DNA from: Leptonemataceae bacterium
Lineage (GTDB): Bacteria; Spirochaetota; Leptospiria; Leptospirales; Leptonemataceae
NCBI GenBank assembly: GCA_965227295.1
Contig: OZ245742.1
Span: 5,504,001 to 5,568,000 of the forward strand
Length of the DNA: 64,000 bases
Direction: 5' to 3'
Below are positions 29,726 to 39,714 of the stretch, piece after piece. The notes under the pieces were generated by a model. That model was not told where the DNA came from, ran no database searches, and saw nothing but the letters and a program-made list of their open reading frames with translations. Position 1 is the first letter of the stretch. The number at the start of each line of letters is the position of its first letter. Position numbers and translations under genes: made by a program.

Positions 29726-29860
29726 GCAGGATAGAAACGATGCGCGGATGGTGTTGCAGTGTCAAGCGGGTTGAAGGTTTTCCAAAAAGAAATCACCTTA
29801 CAACATGTTTGCGGCTTTACCGGAGCGAAAACTTTTCTTTATGTGAAGAACGCATTGTTT

Positions 29861-30844
29861 ATGTCGCGCGAAACAAAGACAATCCTCGTACGCAACTCGT
29901 TCGTTGTGGACAAGCACGAAGACGGCAACCGCATCGATGCAGTTCTCACGGGGCGTTTTCCGCAGTTTACGCGCTCGCAGTGGCAGGAACGCATTCGCGC
30001 CGGCGACGTAAGTGTGGCGGAACGTCGCATTCGGCCGTCGCGCCGCCTCGCCGTGGGCGAAATCGTGCAATACGAATTCCGGCGGCGGCCGGAGCCCAAT
30101 GTAAACCGCAACTTCGCAGTCATCTATGAAGACGAGAGTCTACTGGTAGTGGATAAGCCGGGTGATCTTCCGGTGCATCCCTCGGGAGTGTATCACGAAA
30201 ACACGCTCTATGTTCTACTCAAAGAACGTTACGGCCCGGACTTCGTTGTGCACCTGGTGCATCGCCTGGATCGTGAAACCAGCGGCCTGTTGCTGCTCGC
30301 CAAACACGCCCGGGCCGCTCGCGAACTCCAGGCGGCTTTCATCGAACGACGCGTGGAAAAAATCTATCTCAGCATCGTCGAAGATTCGCGGTCGAGTTTT
30401 CCGGGGTATCTGGACGCGAACGGATGGATCTTTGCAGGCCGCGCCGGTGCGGTGCGCAAAAAACGCAGCTTCGCGTACGAACGCCCCGCGTCACCGGACA
30501 CCGAATTCGTGCAGGCCGCGCGTACGGAATTTCATCTGGAGCGTCGTTCCGGCGGATTGTCTTTGATACGAGCGACTCTGCACAGTGGACGCATGCATCA
30601 AATCCGCGCGACGTTATGTTCCCTCGGCTATCCAGTGGTCGGCGATCGAATCTACGGCGTCGATGAATCGCTCTACTTAAAGATGATCGACGACCTGGAG
30701 GACGAAGCGGATCGCCGACGGCTGCGTCTGTCGCGCACGGCCCTGCACGCACACGAGTTGCGACTCAAACATCCGGACAACGGACGGGACCTGGCGTTTG
30801 CCTCGGACCTGCCGGCGGAAATGGCCGCCCTGATGCAAACCTAA
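29861..30844 (+). CDS. RluA/RluD-family pseudouridine synthase
   Basis: S4-like N-terminus, DKPGDLPVHP, HRLDRETSG, GRMHQIR and PVVGD. Confidence 0.93.
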   Translation: MSRETKTILVRNSFVVDKHEDGNRIDAVLTGRFPQFTRSQWQERIRAGDVSVAERRIRPSRRLAVGEIVQYEFRRRPEPNVNRNFAVIYEDESLLVVDKPGDLPVHPSGVYHENTLYVLLKERYGPDFVVHLVHRLDRETSGLLLLAKHARAARELQAAFIERRVEKIYLSIVEDSRSSFPGYLDANGWIFAGRAGAVRKKRSFAYERPASPDTEFVQAARTEFHLERRSGGLSLIRATLHSGRMHQIRATLCSLGYPVVGDRIYGVDESLYLKMIDDLEDEADRRRLRLSRTALHAHELRLKHPDNGRDLAFASDLPAEMAALMQT

Positions 30845-30849
30845 AACGC

Positions 30850-31662
30850 TCAGGAATCGCGCACGAATACGCAGAACAGCGCCCCGCTGCGTTCTTGAAA
30901 CTTCGAACGGCCGGCATCCGCATAGGTCTCCCGCAAACGCCATCCACCGGCGGCGGCCAGGTCGGCCAGTTCCTCCCGGTGAAAGACACGCATGACGTGC
31001 TCTTCCCGAAACCGCGCGCCGCCCGGGCTTAGCTTATACTCATGTGATATTACCGTGAACGCGGCACTGCCGTCCCGGCGCATGCCGTACATGCGCCGCT
31101 CCCGCTCCAGGCGGCGGCCGTCGGCAAGCTGCACGGCAACCCTGCGCGCCGGAGTCTCCGGCGCCGAAGATCCCAGGCGCTCGTACGGACCGCGATGCCA
31201 GACCTCGCAGGCGAAGATCCCTCCGGGAACGATGACTTCCGCAAGAGAGACAAAGGCCGCGCAAATGGCCGGGTCGTCGTGCAGGTAACCCAGGGTTCCG
31301 AAGAGACTGAAGCCGGCATGGTACGCCGCCGCATGAGTGGAAGTGTTCAGGGTGCGGATGTCGGCAACGTGAAAGGTACGTTCCGGAAAACTACGTCGCG
31401 CGAGCGCAATCATTTCCGGCGAGAGGTCCGCACCCTCGCAGTCGAAGCCGGCCCGGCCCAACGCGCCCACGTGCTCGCCGCCGGCACAGCCTGCATCCAG
31501 GATTTGGTACTGATGACGTTCGACGGAACGGCGACGACTCCGCTGCTGGACCGCACGCTCCTCGTCAAACAACGCGGCCAGGCCGGCCGCGTCCCTGCGC
31601 AAAGATGCGGTGCGATTTTCCAGCGCGAAGTAGTGGGTCGCCAGTTCGTGAAAGAGGCGCAC
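30850..31662 (-). CDS. Class I SAM-dependent methyltransferase
   Basis: ILDAGCAGG, GADLSPEMI and ADIR. Start inferred at GTG 31662. Confidence 0.85.
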   Translation of the reverse strand: MRLFHELATHYFALENRTASLRRDAAGLAALFDEERAVQQRSRRRSVERHQYQILDAGCAGGEHVGALGRAGFDCEGADLSPEMIALARRSFPERTFHVADIRTLNTSTHAAAYHAGFSLFGTLGYLHDDPAICAAFVSLAEVIVPGGIFACEVWHRGPYERLGSSAPETPARRVAVQLADGRRLERERRMYGMRRDGSAAFTVISHEYKLSPGGARFREEHVMRVFHREELADLAAAGGWRLRETYADAGRSKFQERSGALFCVFVRDS

Positions 31663-31679
31663 GCTCCGGCGTACTGTGA

Positions 31680-32138
31680 TTACTCGTCGTCGTCGAGAAG
31701 AATCTCTATGCCGCGGTGCGTCAGCTCTCGATGTCGGCGTACGGTGGCAATGATGCCTTCGCGTGTCCGCCATTCCGAGAAGTGTTCTCCGGCATGAACG
31801 TAACTCTGATGGAAGGTCCAGTCGTGATAGCCCGCGCGGACCAGACGCAGGGCGTCTCTGAGAACGGCGATGTGTTCGACGGCGCGCGACAACGCTTCGT
31901 AAGTACTCACGTCCCGCTCCAGGGGACGCACCGGTTGCTCCCGCAGCAGTTCGTACAGAAAGACTTCGAAGCTCAGCGCGTGAGTGCGCCGGTCGAAGCC
32001 GGTCTTCGTACGAATGCGGGCGATGTGGGTCTTTACGGTGCTGGGGGCGATGCCCAGCTCTTGCGCGATTTCCGGCTGGCGGAGACCGGCGACGAGCATA
32101 CGGGCTACGCGCATTTCCTGTTTGGCGAGAGGCGGCAT
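31680..32138 (-). CDS. LuxR-type HTH transcriptional regulator (N-terminal HTH)
   Basis: LAKQEMRVARMLVAGLRQPEIAQELGIAPSTVKTHIARIRTK. Confidence 0.82.
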   Translation of the reverse strand: MPPLAKQEMRVARMLVAGLRQPEIAQELGIAPSTVKTHIARIRTKTGFDRRTHALSFEVFLYELLREQPVRPLERDVSTYEALSRAVEHIAVLRDALRLVRAGYHDWTFHQSYVHAGEHFSEWRTREGIIATVRRHRELTHRGIEILLDDDE

Positions 32139-32397
32139 ACGAAAAGCATCTCATTTCACACGCGGATGAGATACAATCATATCCATCAAAAAATATTAAA
32201 TTACCCCTGGGCAGAAATGCGTATGCATTCTTAAGATTACATTGTCCTGAGTTAACGCAAATTTCGGCAATCCTGGTGAACCCTTCGCCGGATAAAAGAG
32301 GGGTCGCAAATGAAAATGTCCCCTTTTACGGCGAATTACTACTGCGGACCACCGGAAAGTAGGTGTCGTCCGGCGTGCGAATCCGTATTGAGTCTCT

Positions 32398-33291
32398 ATG
32401 AGTGATGCGATTGCCATGCTGATCGAAGCCCGCTCCCGGGACCTGGGCGAGGGCTTCCAGGTCCGCCGGGTCCTGCCCTACGCGAAGCGACGGATGGTGG
32501 GACCGTTCATATTTCTGGACCACATGGGGCCGGTCGCATTTCCGCCCGGCGACGGAGCCATGGACGTACGACCGCACCCGCACACCTGCCTGGCGACGGT
32601 GACATACCTCTTCGACGGAGTCATCACCCATCGCGACAGCCTGGGCGTGGAGCAGAACATCCGGCCGGGCGACGTAAACTGGATGACCGCCGGGCGCGGC
32701 ATCGTGCACAGCGAACGTACCCCGCCGGAACTCCGCCAGTCGGGACAGACGATCCACGGCATGCAGTCCTGGGTCGCCCTGCCCGTGGAGCACGAAGAGA
32801 TGGAGCCGGAATTTCATCATCATCCCGGAGAGAGCCTGCCTCGATTCGAGCGCGGCGGTGCGCGGCTCACGCTGATTGCCGGGGAAGCCTTCGGCGAAAC
32901 GTCACCGGCGAAAACCTACTCGCCCATGTTTTACTTAGAGGCCGTGCTGCCTCCGGGAGCGTCGTTCGAATTCGACGCCGGGGAGTCCGGCGAGGCCCAC
33001 GAGTGCGCCTGCTACGTTGCCGTCGGCAGCGCAAACATTGCCGGGCAATCCCTGGGAACGGGCGCACTGCCGGTAATGCAAGATGGGGCGAAGTTTACGA
33101 TCGCTCACGAGGGTGACGGGGAAGCCCGGGTGATGATCCTCGGCGGGAAGAACATCGGCGAACGTAAAATCTTCTGGAACTTCGTCGCATCCACTCCGGA
33201 ACGCATCGAAGCGGCGAAGCAGGCCTGGCAGGAACAATCCTTTCCGAAGATTCCCGGCGACGATCAGGAGTTCATTCCCCTGCCCGGGTGA
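32398..33291 (+). CDS. Pirin family protein
   Basis: GPFIFLDH, HPH, HRDSLG and WMTAGRGIVHSE. Confidence 0.95.
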   Translation: MSDAIAMLIEARSRDLGEGFQVRRVLPYAKRRMVGPFIFLDHMGPVAFPPGDGAMDVRPHPHTCLATVTYLFDGVITHRDSLGVEQNIRPGDVNWMTAGRGIVHSERTPPELRQSGQTIHGMQSWVALPVEHEEMEPEFHHHPGESLPRFERGGARLTLIAGEAFGETSPAKTYSPMFYLEAVLPPGASFEFDAGESGEAHECACYVAVGSANIAGQSLGTGALPVMQDGAKFTIAHEGDGEARVMILGGKNIGERKIFWNFVASTPERIEAAKQAWQEQSFPKIPGDDQEFIPLPG

Positions 33292-33308
33292 ACCCCGGGA
33301 CGATCCGC

Positions 33309-33563
33309 TTACCGGTCGTCGTCTTCGGCGACGGCGGCCAGATAGACCAGGGACGCCAGACACGCCGCTTCGATACGCAGGGCAACTTCAGCCGTCTGCC
33401 CGCTGAGACCCACGCGGGAACAGTACACGGCCGCGCCGACCCACGCCACGTATTCCTCGGTATCTCCCCAGGGTTCGAACTCGACGCGACACGACGCGGA
33501 GGACAGCATGGTGATCAGCACCAGGGCCGATGTCATTTTCAGTAAGATCTTTCGCACGTTCAT
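33309..33563 (-). CDS. Small putative lipoprotein
   Basis: Basic N-terminus, hydrophobic core and SASC; divergent from the AraC regulator. Confidence 0.55.
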   Translation of the reverse strand: MNVRKILLKMTSALVLITMLSSASCRVEFEPWGDTEEYVAWVGAAVYCSRVGLSGQTAEVALRIEAACLASLVYLAAVAEDDDR

Positions 33564-33636
33564 GGTCGTCTATTATGCCGGAGTTCCTACCGGAAGTCGA
33601 CCCGGATTATAACACGGGAAGCGGGTCGTCGCCGCC

Positions 33637-34638
33637 ATGAGTTCGATCTACACTGCATTCTTCGTGTTGCTGGCGGTGATGTTGCTCGTGAACGCCGTGC
33701 TCTCCGTGCGTCTGCGTTCGTCGCTGCCGTTGTTCTACGGTGCCGCGCTCCTGTCCTTCGGTCTCGGCCAGTGGTTCGAAGCCGCGGGCGAGACCGCGCC
33801 CTGGATCTCATCTCCGGCAGCGATCTTCGCGGCGATCTTCATCGACCGACTGCTGCTCCTGCGAAAACACGCATCGTTCCTGCGGCCCGCACTCTACGCT
33901 ACCGCCGGGGCCGTACTGCTCACCGGCATTCTGACCTGGCTCTCCGCCGATGCGATCCTCCTGCGCCTGCTCTATGCGGCCAGTGCCGGTTTCATTGCGA
34001 GCCTGGCCGCCGCCTTATATTTTACGGTGCGGCACGGTTTTCGACCGGCCCTCTATTCGGCCATCGGCCTGTCACTGTTTCTTCTGGGCGCGGCCGTCTA
34101 CGTCATCGGCCGCCTGGGCGGCCTGCCGGATGCGGACTGGATGCGCTTCGCCCTGCTCTCCGGCTTCTTCGCCGAGTTCGCGTTTTTTCTCGTTTCGATT
34201 ACCTCGGTGGCGTCCCTCGCCGAACGTAATGCGCCGGCTCCGGCCAACCTGGAACACGGCAAACGCTATGAACGCCGGCGGCTGAACAAAGATCGCGCGA
34301 CGGAGCTGGGCCGCACCATCACACGGTTCATGGAAGACGAACGTTTGTACTGCGATGAGGACTTGAGCCTGGATCGTCTGGCCGATCTCTGCGGCGTTTC
34401 CCGGCACGAACTTTCCGAGTATTTGAACTATCACCTGGGCATCAGTTTCAGTCGCTACATTAACGAGTTCCGCGTGCGCGAGGTGGAACGTTTGCTCCGG
34501 GAAAGTCCGGAACGCAGCGTTCTCGATGCGGCGTTTTCGGCGGGCTTTAATTCGAAGTCGCGCTTTAACAGTGAGTTCCGTCGCATCACCGGACGCAATC
34601 CCCGGGACTTTCGCCGCCACATCATTCAGTCGAAGTGA
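33637..34638 (+). CDS. AraC-family regulator with N-terminal 7TM membrane domain
   Basis: Hydrophobic N-terminal half; DEDLSLDRLA...LSEYLN and AGFNSKSRFNSEFRRITG HTH. Confidence 0.92.
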   Translation: MSSIYTAFFVLLAVMLLVNAVLSVRLRSSLPLFYGAALLSFGLGQWFEAAGETAPWISSPAAIFAAIFIDRLLLLRKHASFLRPALYATAGAVLLTGILTWLSADAILLRLLYAASAGFIASLAAALYFTVRHGFRPALYSAIGLSLFLLGAAVYVIGRLGGLPDADWMRFALLSGFFAEFAFFLVSITSVASLAERNAPAPANLEHGKRYERRRLNKDRATELGRTITRFMEDERLYCDEDLSLDRLADLCGVSRHELSEYLNYHLGISFSRYINEFRVREVERLLRESPERSVLDAAFSAGFNSKSRFNSEFRRITGRNPRDFRRHIIQSK

Positions 34639-34676
34639 AGTGATTGACTTTGCATCACGGCAAACGATCTTCACGA

Positions 34677-35927
34677 ATGCGTGCAATCGTTCGTAGTTTG
34701 ATCTTAACCGCGAGTTTGGCCTGGCTTGCGCTGCCCGCGCCGCGGCTGCATTCCGCCCCGGACAACCTGGCGGCCTGCGATCTGATCCTCGACGCCGGCA
34801 GTTCGAATCTGCGGGCCCACGCCTTTACGGTGAGCGCCGACGGACTCCCCGTCGCGATCTTCGCCGAACCGCCGAAGATGAAAGGTTTCCAACTGGCCGA
34901 CATGCTGCTCGCCGATCATGACGAAAGCCTCGCATCCTTTGAGGCGCTGCGTACGTTTCTCGAATCTGAAGTTATGCCGGAGTTCCGCAAAAAGTGCGCT
35001 CCGCATCCGCGCTCCGCGCGCGTTTACGCCACCGCCGGCATGCGCCTGGCCGAACGTAAACTCATGCATGCGGCAAAGACCGACGATGCAGTTGCCGTGC
35101 GAAACAAGATCGCACTCTTTCGCACGGGTCTGGACGTCAAACTCACGGAAGTACTCGGGACCGACGTGGACACGCGCACGCTCACCGGTTTCGAGGAAGG
35201 GCTCTTCAGTTATTTATCCGTTCTGCAACGACGGCGGCAGAGTGGTTATCCCCGCGAGGCCGCCGTGCGCTTCGGTATCGTCGAACTCGGCGGAGCGTCC
35301 GCGCAAATCGCTTATGGTTGCCTGACGCGGCAGTGCCGTCGCAAGGGTCGTCCGGTTCCGGAATACGCAAAGACCATTCGCCTGAATGCGGAAAATGCTA
35401 CGGACACGATCTACGTCTACGCACGTTCGTTTCTGGGTCTCGGTATCAACGAGGCCTGGGAGAGTTATGCCGCTGCCTGCGAACTCAAGGCCGAAGATCC
35501 GCAGTCGGAACAGCGCTACGAACTCTGCGCCCAGGCCGTAGCGGAAAAACTGCCGGCTCCCATGCGATTCCCGGCGGAACTGAATCCGGAGTACACCCCC
35601 TTTTACGGTATTTCCACGATCAACTACTACACGAAAGAGGCCCCCGGACCGGAGCACCTGCAAAGCGCGGCCGCTAACATTTGTTCGCTAAAATATACCG
35701 CGAAAGACTTTGAGAAGAACCCGTTTCTACCGCGGGTCTGCATGTTGCACCTGTACTTTGCGCGTTTTCTGGAAGAGGGCGGCATTCGCGCGGTGTCCGC
35801 CGCGGACGCAAGTGCCTGGGCGAACGGGGCGGCCTGGTGCGGTCGTAGCGATTGTCTGCGAGACGTTCGGGACCTGGCGAAACTGTGCGAGTGGATGCCG
35901 GAAGGCGCGTGCGCGCAGCCGGAGTAA
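34677..35927 (+). CDS. Secreted GDA1/CD39-family nucleoside triphosphate diphosphohydrolase (apyrase)
   Basis: Signal peptide plus ACR1 DAGSS, ACR2 ATAGMR, ACR3 GFEEG, ACR4 ELGGAS and ACR5-like SAWANG. Confidence 0.85.
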   Translation: MRAIVRSLILTASLAWLALPAPRLHSAPDNLAACDLILDAGSSNLRAHAFTVSADGLPVAIFAEPPKMKGFQLADMLLADHDESLASFEALRTFLESEVMPEFRKKCAPHPRSARVYATAGMRLAERKLMHAAKTDDAVAVRNKIALFRTGLDVKLTEVLGTDVDTRTLTGFEEGLFSYLSVLQRRRQSGYPREAAVRFGIVELGGASAQIAYGCLTRQCRRKGRPVPEYAKTIRLNAENATDTIYVYARSFLGLGINEAWESYAAACELKAEDPQSEQRYELCAQAVAEKLPAPMRFPAELNPEYTPFYGISTINYYTKEAPGPEHLQSAAANICSLKYTAKDFEKNPFLPRVCMLHLYFARFLEEGGIRAVSAADASAWANGAAWCGRSDCLRDVRDLAKLCEWMPEGACAQPE

Positions 35928-35954
35928 ACGGCTGCGCGCCAATATTGGAAACGC

Positions 35955-36224
35955 TTACATGTCGTCGGCAGCGCCACCGCCGCCGCCGCTCTCGAAGTAA
36001 CCTTTGAGACCGGAAGCGCGGACACTGGCTTCGCCCAGGGCCTTCGCCAGGGCGGCCGCCGTGTTCGGGCCCACGATGCCGTCTACGGACACCCCGGCAC
36101 CTTTCTGGAACGACTTAATGGCGGCCTCGGTTTTCGGGCCCATCTTGCCGTCCGCGGCACCGGGAGAGTGGCCGCAGATCGTAAGTCCTTCTTGAATGCT
36201 CTTAACGTCGTAAGAATTGCTCAT
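35955..36224 (-). CDS. Small peptidoglycan-binding-domain protein
   Basis: VKSIQEGL...ADGKMGPKTEAAIKSFQ...VDGIVGPNT; GGAGG ribosome-binding site. Confidence 0.88.
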   Translation of the reverse strand: MSNSYDVKSIQEGLTICGHSPGAADGKMGPKTEAAIKSFQKGAGVSVDGIVGPNTAAALAKALGEASVRASGLKGYFESGGGGGAADDM

Positions 36225-36251
36225 GTGATATTAGCCTCCAATCGGCGTTTT

Positions 36252-36701
36252 TTAGTTGATACCCCAGGCCTTCGACCACTCGGAATGAGCGCCGTTGAAC
36301 GCGGCCGGATCGGCACCGCCGACTTCCGCGGCGAGTTTCTTGTACTGGTCCTGAGCGGCCTTAAACGCGGCCTTCTCGGCGTCGCTGGCTCCCTGACCGG
36401 CTTCTTTTGCGGTACGGGCGGCCGCGCGCAGATCGGCAATGTTGTAAGCGCTCATGATGGAGTTGAGTTCCGCCGCGGCCCCGGCCGGATTGCCGGCGTT
36501 GTTTTGCAGAGCCGTTACACCCATCTGCATGACGGTCACCATGTTCTGCGCCGGCGTGCCCGTGAGTTCCTGGGCCGGGGCCGGCGTGCTGCCGCCGTTG
36601 GACTGATCGCCGCCTTTGTCCCCACCGCAGGCGACGCCGCTGAGGGCGAAGACGCTGAGGGTGATCAGTACGGCAACGTTTCGAAAATTCAGTTGTTGCA
36701 T
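36252..36701 (-). CDS. Ala-rich helical lipoprotein
   Basis: Lipobox GVAC; GGAGG ribosome-binding site. Confidence 0.8.
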   Translation of the reverse strand: MQQLNFRNVAVLITLSVFALSGVACGGDKGGDQSNGGSTPAPAQELTGTPAQNMVTVMQMGVTALQNNAGNPAGAAAELNSIMSAYNIADLRAAARTAKEAGQGASDAEKAAFKAAQDQYKKLAAEVGGADPAAFNGAHSEWSKAWGIN

Positions 36702-36780
36702 TGAGATTCCTCCGGCGCGCAGTGGAGTTTAGCATGTTAATTTCGGCAACGCGTTTTCGTAAAACTCGTGCGTGGTGAAG

Positions 36781-36808
36781 CCTAACATTCGGTTAAGATT
36801 TGGTTAGG
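36781..36808. promoter_or_regulatory. Candidate regulator-binding site (11-bp direct repeats)
   Basis: attcggttaag/atttggttagg tandem, bounded by the cctaac...gttagg inverted repeat, upstream of the lipoprotein gene. Confidence 0.35.
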
Positions 36809-36824
36809 CCGCGGGAGACCTGGT

Positions 36825-38054
36825 TTATTCCGAAGTGCTCCGCCGATCCATGAGTTCGTACAACCGCCGATCGACGATGAGAATTTCAATGCGCCGGTTG
36901 CGCGCCCGGTTTTCCGGCGAGGTGTTCGGCACCACCGGCCGGTATTCACCCGGCGAAGTTACGACAATGCGAGTCGGGTCCACGTGACCGGCCTCTTCCA
37001 GATACGCGGCCACGCTGATCGCCCGGGCGGCACCCAGAGAACGGTTGTTCCGGTACCTCGATCGCAGCGCCGGCCCGATGGGCACGTCGTCCGTATGTCC
37101 TTCGATCTGCACGACCGGAAGACTCTTCACCACGCCGGCAATGCTGCGCAGGATGGGAAAAGCCCCGGGCTTAACATCTGCCTGCCCGCTGTTAAAGAAG
37201 ATTCCGTCCTTGATGCTCACCGTCAGCGCGCCCCGATACAGCGTAACCTCCGCCTGGGCCGCGTCCACCTCCGAACGCAACGCCGTGATCAAATCTTCGT
37301 AGGCCTGCTTGAGACGCTCCCGTTCCCGTTCCTCCGCCGCACGGCGCAGATCAAGTTCCCGGCGCGCGTCGGCAAGCCGGGAGTCCAGGGCCGTTTTTTG
37401 CGTACTCAACTCCGCCAGGCGCCGACGTAAACCCGCGTCTTCCTGCGACTGAGCCGCCACGTACTCCTTGTGACGCTGTTCGGCCTCCTCGGCTCGTTTG
37501 CGAAGATTTACCAGGCTCACCTCTTTCGAATCGATTTCGTTTTGTAGCCGGGCGATGCGCTCTTCCAGCTTCGCGAGCCGCCCCCGGCTGTCCGCGAGCT
37601 CCGCCCTGGTTTGCTTCAGGAGAGCGGCCTCCTCGGATTTCTTACGATGGTCCTCGCTTAGTTTACGAAGATCTTCTTCTAAGCGTCGCCTGTCTTCTGC
37701 GGCCGTATTCAGGCGCTGATTCAGTTCGTCGTTGCGGGCGGATAGCGCCGATTCGAGTTCATCCCGGCGGCGATTCACCTCGGCCAGTTCTTCCGTCAAC
37801 CGGCGCAGGCCGTCCTCGCGAGCGGCAAGCGTGTCCTCCAGTTGGGTGATGCGATATTCCAGAACGAACTTCTCTTCGGCGAGCCCGGTACTTTCCCGGC
37901 TCAACTCCTGAATCCTGTTGCTCAAAGTGAAGTTCTCCTTACGCAGGTGGTCGGCCTCTCGCATTTTGTCGAGGGCGTGGCAGGAAACGAAGATCGTCAA
38001 TGCGGCGACCAGGACAACGATGCCCCGAAACCGCGGGTTAAATTTAGAAATCAT
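36825..38054 (-). CDS. OmpA/MotB-family protein with a long coiled coil, probable lipoprotein
   Basis: Signal ending FVSC, heptad-rich middle, FFNSGQA, IEGHTD and RARNRRIEI. Confidence 0.9.
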   Translation of the reverse strand: MISKFNPRFRGIVVLVAALTIFVSCHALDKMREADHLRKENFTLSNRIQELSRESTGLAEEKFVLEYRITQLEDTLAAREDGLRRLTEELAEVNRRRDELESALSARNDELNQRLNTAAEDRRRLEEDLRKLSEDHRKKSEEAALLKQTRAELADSRGRLAKLEERIARLQNEIDSKEVSLVNLRKRAEEAEQRHKEYVAAQSQEDAGLRRRLAELSTQKTALDSRLADARRELDLRRAAEERERERLKQAYEDLITALRSEVDAAQAEVTLYRGALTVSIKDGIFFNSGQADVKPGAFPILRSIAGVVKSLPVVQIEGHTDDVPIGPALRSRYRNNRSLGAARAISVAAYLEEAGHVDPTRIVVTSPGEYRPVVPNTSPENRARNRRIEILIVDRRLYELMDRRSTSE

Positions 38055-38260
38055 TTTAAATATCAAAAACCGGCGACCCGAGACGCGGGCCGCCGGAAAC
38101 TCCTTAACTTTATGGGATGGGATGCTTGCTTACTTGCAGGTTTTGGTTGCAGCGGCCTTTTCGGTTCCGCTGATTCGATAACGCCGCCGGCAGTCTGGAG
38201 CGGACAAAAAAATATTCGACGGCCGAAAATCCGTACGTCCCCCTGGCCCTGCTCCCGGCC

Positions 38261-38797
38261 ATGCCAGACTCGAATACCGTCCAGAAGCTCTTCGGGGAAC
38301 ACCAACAACGCCTGAAGCGCTTTGCTCGCCGCTTTGTCGATGAAAGCGACGCCGAGGACATTCTGCAGGAAGCGTTCGCGCGCCTCCTCGATGAAGGCAA
38401 ACGCGGGCGCCGTCCGCAACTGGACGCGTACGCAGTTCCCTGGTTGTATCGCGTCGTTCGAAACCTGTGCCTGGATCGCCTGCGCCTGGAACGCCGCAAC
38501 GCCTTCCAGGATCCGGCGGAACTCGAAGCCGCCGGACGGCCCGAAAACACCCTGCGTAATCTCTTAAACGATGACCTTCAGGCCTTGCTGCGGAGGACGG
38601 CGAGTAACCTGGCAGAAAACGGGCAATACTTGCGCCTCCTGGAATTGCTGCTCACCGACACCGCGACCCAGGCGGAGATTGCGATGGAACTGGACTGCTC
38701 CGAACGCACGGTGCGGCGCATGACGGCAGCGCTCTTCGAACAACTGGCGCAAGCCCTGGGAAAAGCCGGCATCGACGCAAATTTTTTGGCCGATTGA
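38261..38797 (+). CDS. ECF-type sigma-70 factor
   Basis: DAEDILQEAF, WLYRVVRNLCLD, and region 4 TQAEIAMELDCSERTVRR. Confidence 0.9.
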   Translation: MPDSNTVQKLFGEHQQRLKRFARRFVDESDAEDILQEAFARLLDEGKRGRRPQLDAYAVPWLYRVVRNLCLDRLRLERRNAFQDPAELEAAGRPENTLRNLLNDDLQALLRRTASNLAENGQYLRLLELLLTDTATQAEIAMELDCSERTVRRMTAALFEQLAQALGKAGIDANFLAD

Positions 38798-38821
38798 GCC
38801 GCTTCCCCGCGTTACACGTGT

Positions 38822-39676
38822 ATGCAATCATCCTCCGAACACATCACCGTGCTTGAGGCCATGTACCTGCGCACGGGCATTCTCGACGCGCGTGCCGCGC
38901 CGACTATCGAGCGCGGCAACCTCGCGGAAGAGACAGTTTCCGCACGCTTGCGTGCACACCTGGGTTACGCGGGAGGGCCGGCCTGCCTGCCCTGTCGCGA
39001 TCTGGCCCGTCGGCTGACGGCGGCGCGCGAAGAATCCCGCGGAAAATCACTAACATTATATCAATCAAAGTCTACCGGCTCTTTCCCCTGGCGATCGCTC
39101 GCGGCCGCACTGGTATTCCTGCCGTTTGCGTATTTTTATTCCGGGCATATTTTCGCCCAGGGCGGCGTCCATGCCTGGAGCGGCCTGGCTCCGATTCCCG
39201 AAGGCGGCATCGTTACCGCCGGCGATTCCGGTCGAAAGATCGTGCTCATATCCGGCTTCATTTATCGCACCGGCGAACTCGAACTCGCCCCGGGCAGCAC
39301 GGTCCAATGGAACGAGGCCGGCGAGACTCCGGAGTGGGAGTTGCTCGAAGGCGGCATGGAAGTTCGCCTCGAAACCGGAGACGCTGAGCCGGAAACGGTG
39401 ATCGTTCGCGCGGGAGAACTCACGGCCGAGCCGTCGGCGGAGAACGACGGCGAGTTCGTATTGCAGATCAGCATCGAACCGGTTAACATCCTGGAAACAG
39501 AAGTTACCGAAGGCGACACGGAAAGCGATCGAGAAGGTGAAACGATTCCGGCCGTGGTCAGCATGACGGTGATCGAAGGCGAAGCCGTGTACAGCGAACC
39601 CGGCGATGCGACGATCCTCCTCGATTCCGGAGAGTCGGCCCGGGTCGAAACGGAAACCGGGGCCGGGTCACCGTAG
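38822..39676 (+). CDS. Putative anti-sigma factor (ZAS-like N-terminus, TM helix, FecR-like beta domain)
   Basis: Directly follows the ECF gene; AHL...CLPC, TM segment WRSLAAALVFLPFAYFY, LLEGG and TVIEG. Confidence 0.6.
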   Translation: MQSSSEHITVLEAMYLRTGILDARAAPTIERGNLAEETVSARLRAHLGYAGGPACLPCRDLARRLTAAREESRGKSLTLYQSKSTGSFPWRSLAAALVFLPFAYFYSGHIFAQGGVHAWSGLAPIPEGGIVTAGDSGRKIVLISGFIYRTGELELAPGSTVQWNEAGETPEWELLEGGMEVRLETGDAEPETVIVRAGELTAEPSAENDGEFVLQISIEPVNILETEVTEGDTESDREGETIPAVVSMTVIEGEAVYSEPGDATILLDSGESARVETETGAGSP

Positions 39677-39714
39677 CGGCGGCGAGACGCCCAAAGCAAT
39701 GCTTCATAATGACT

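Noticed and set aside
31663..32154. N-terminal extension of the methyltransferase ORF (apparent LuxR fusion)
   Set aside because: It is an Arg-rich alternative frame over the LuxR gene; the two are separate genes.
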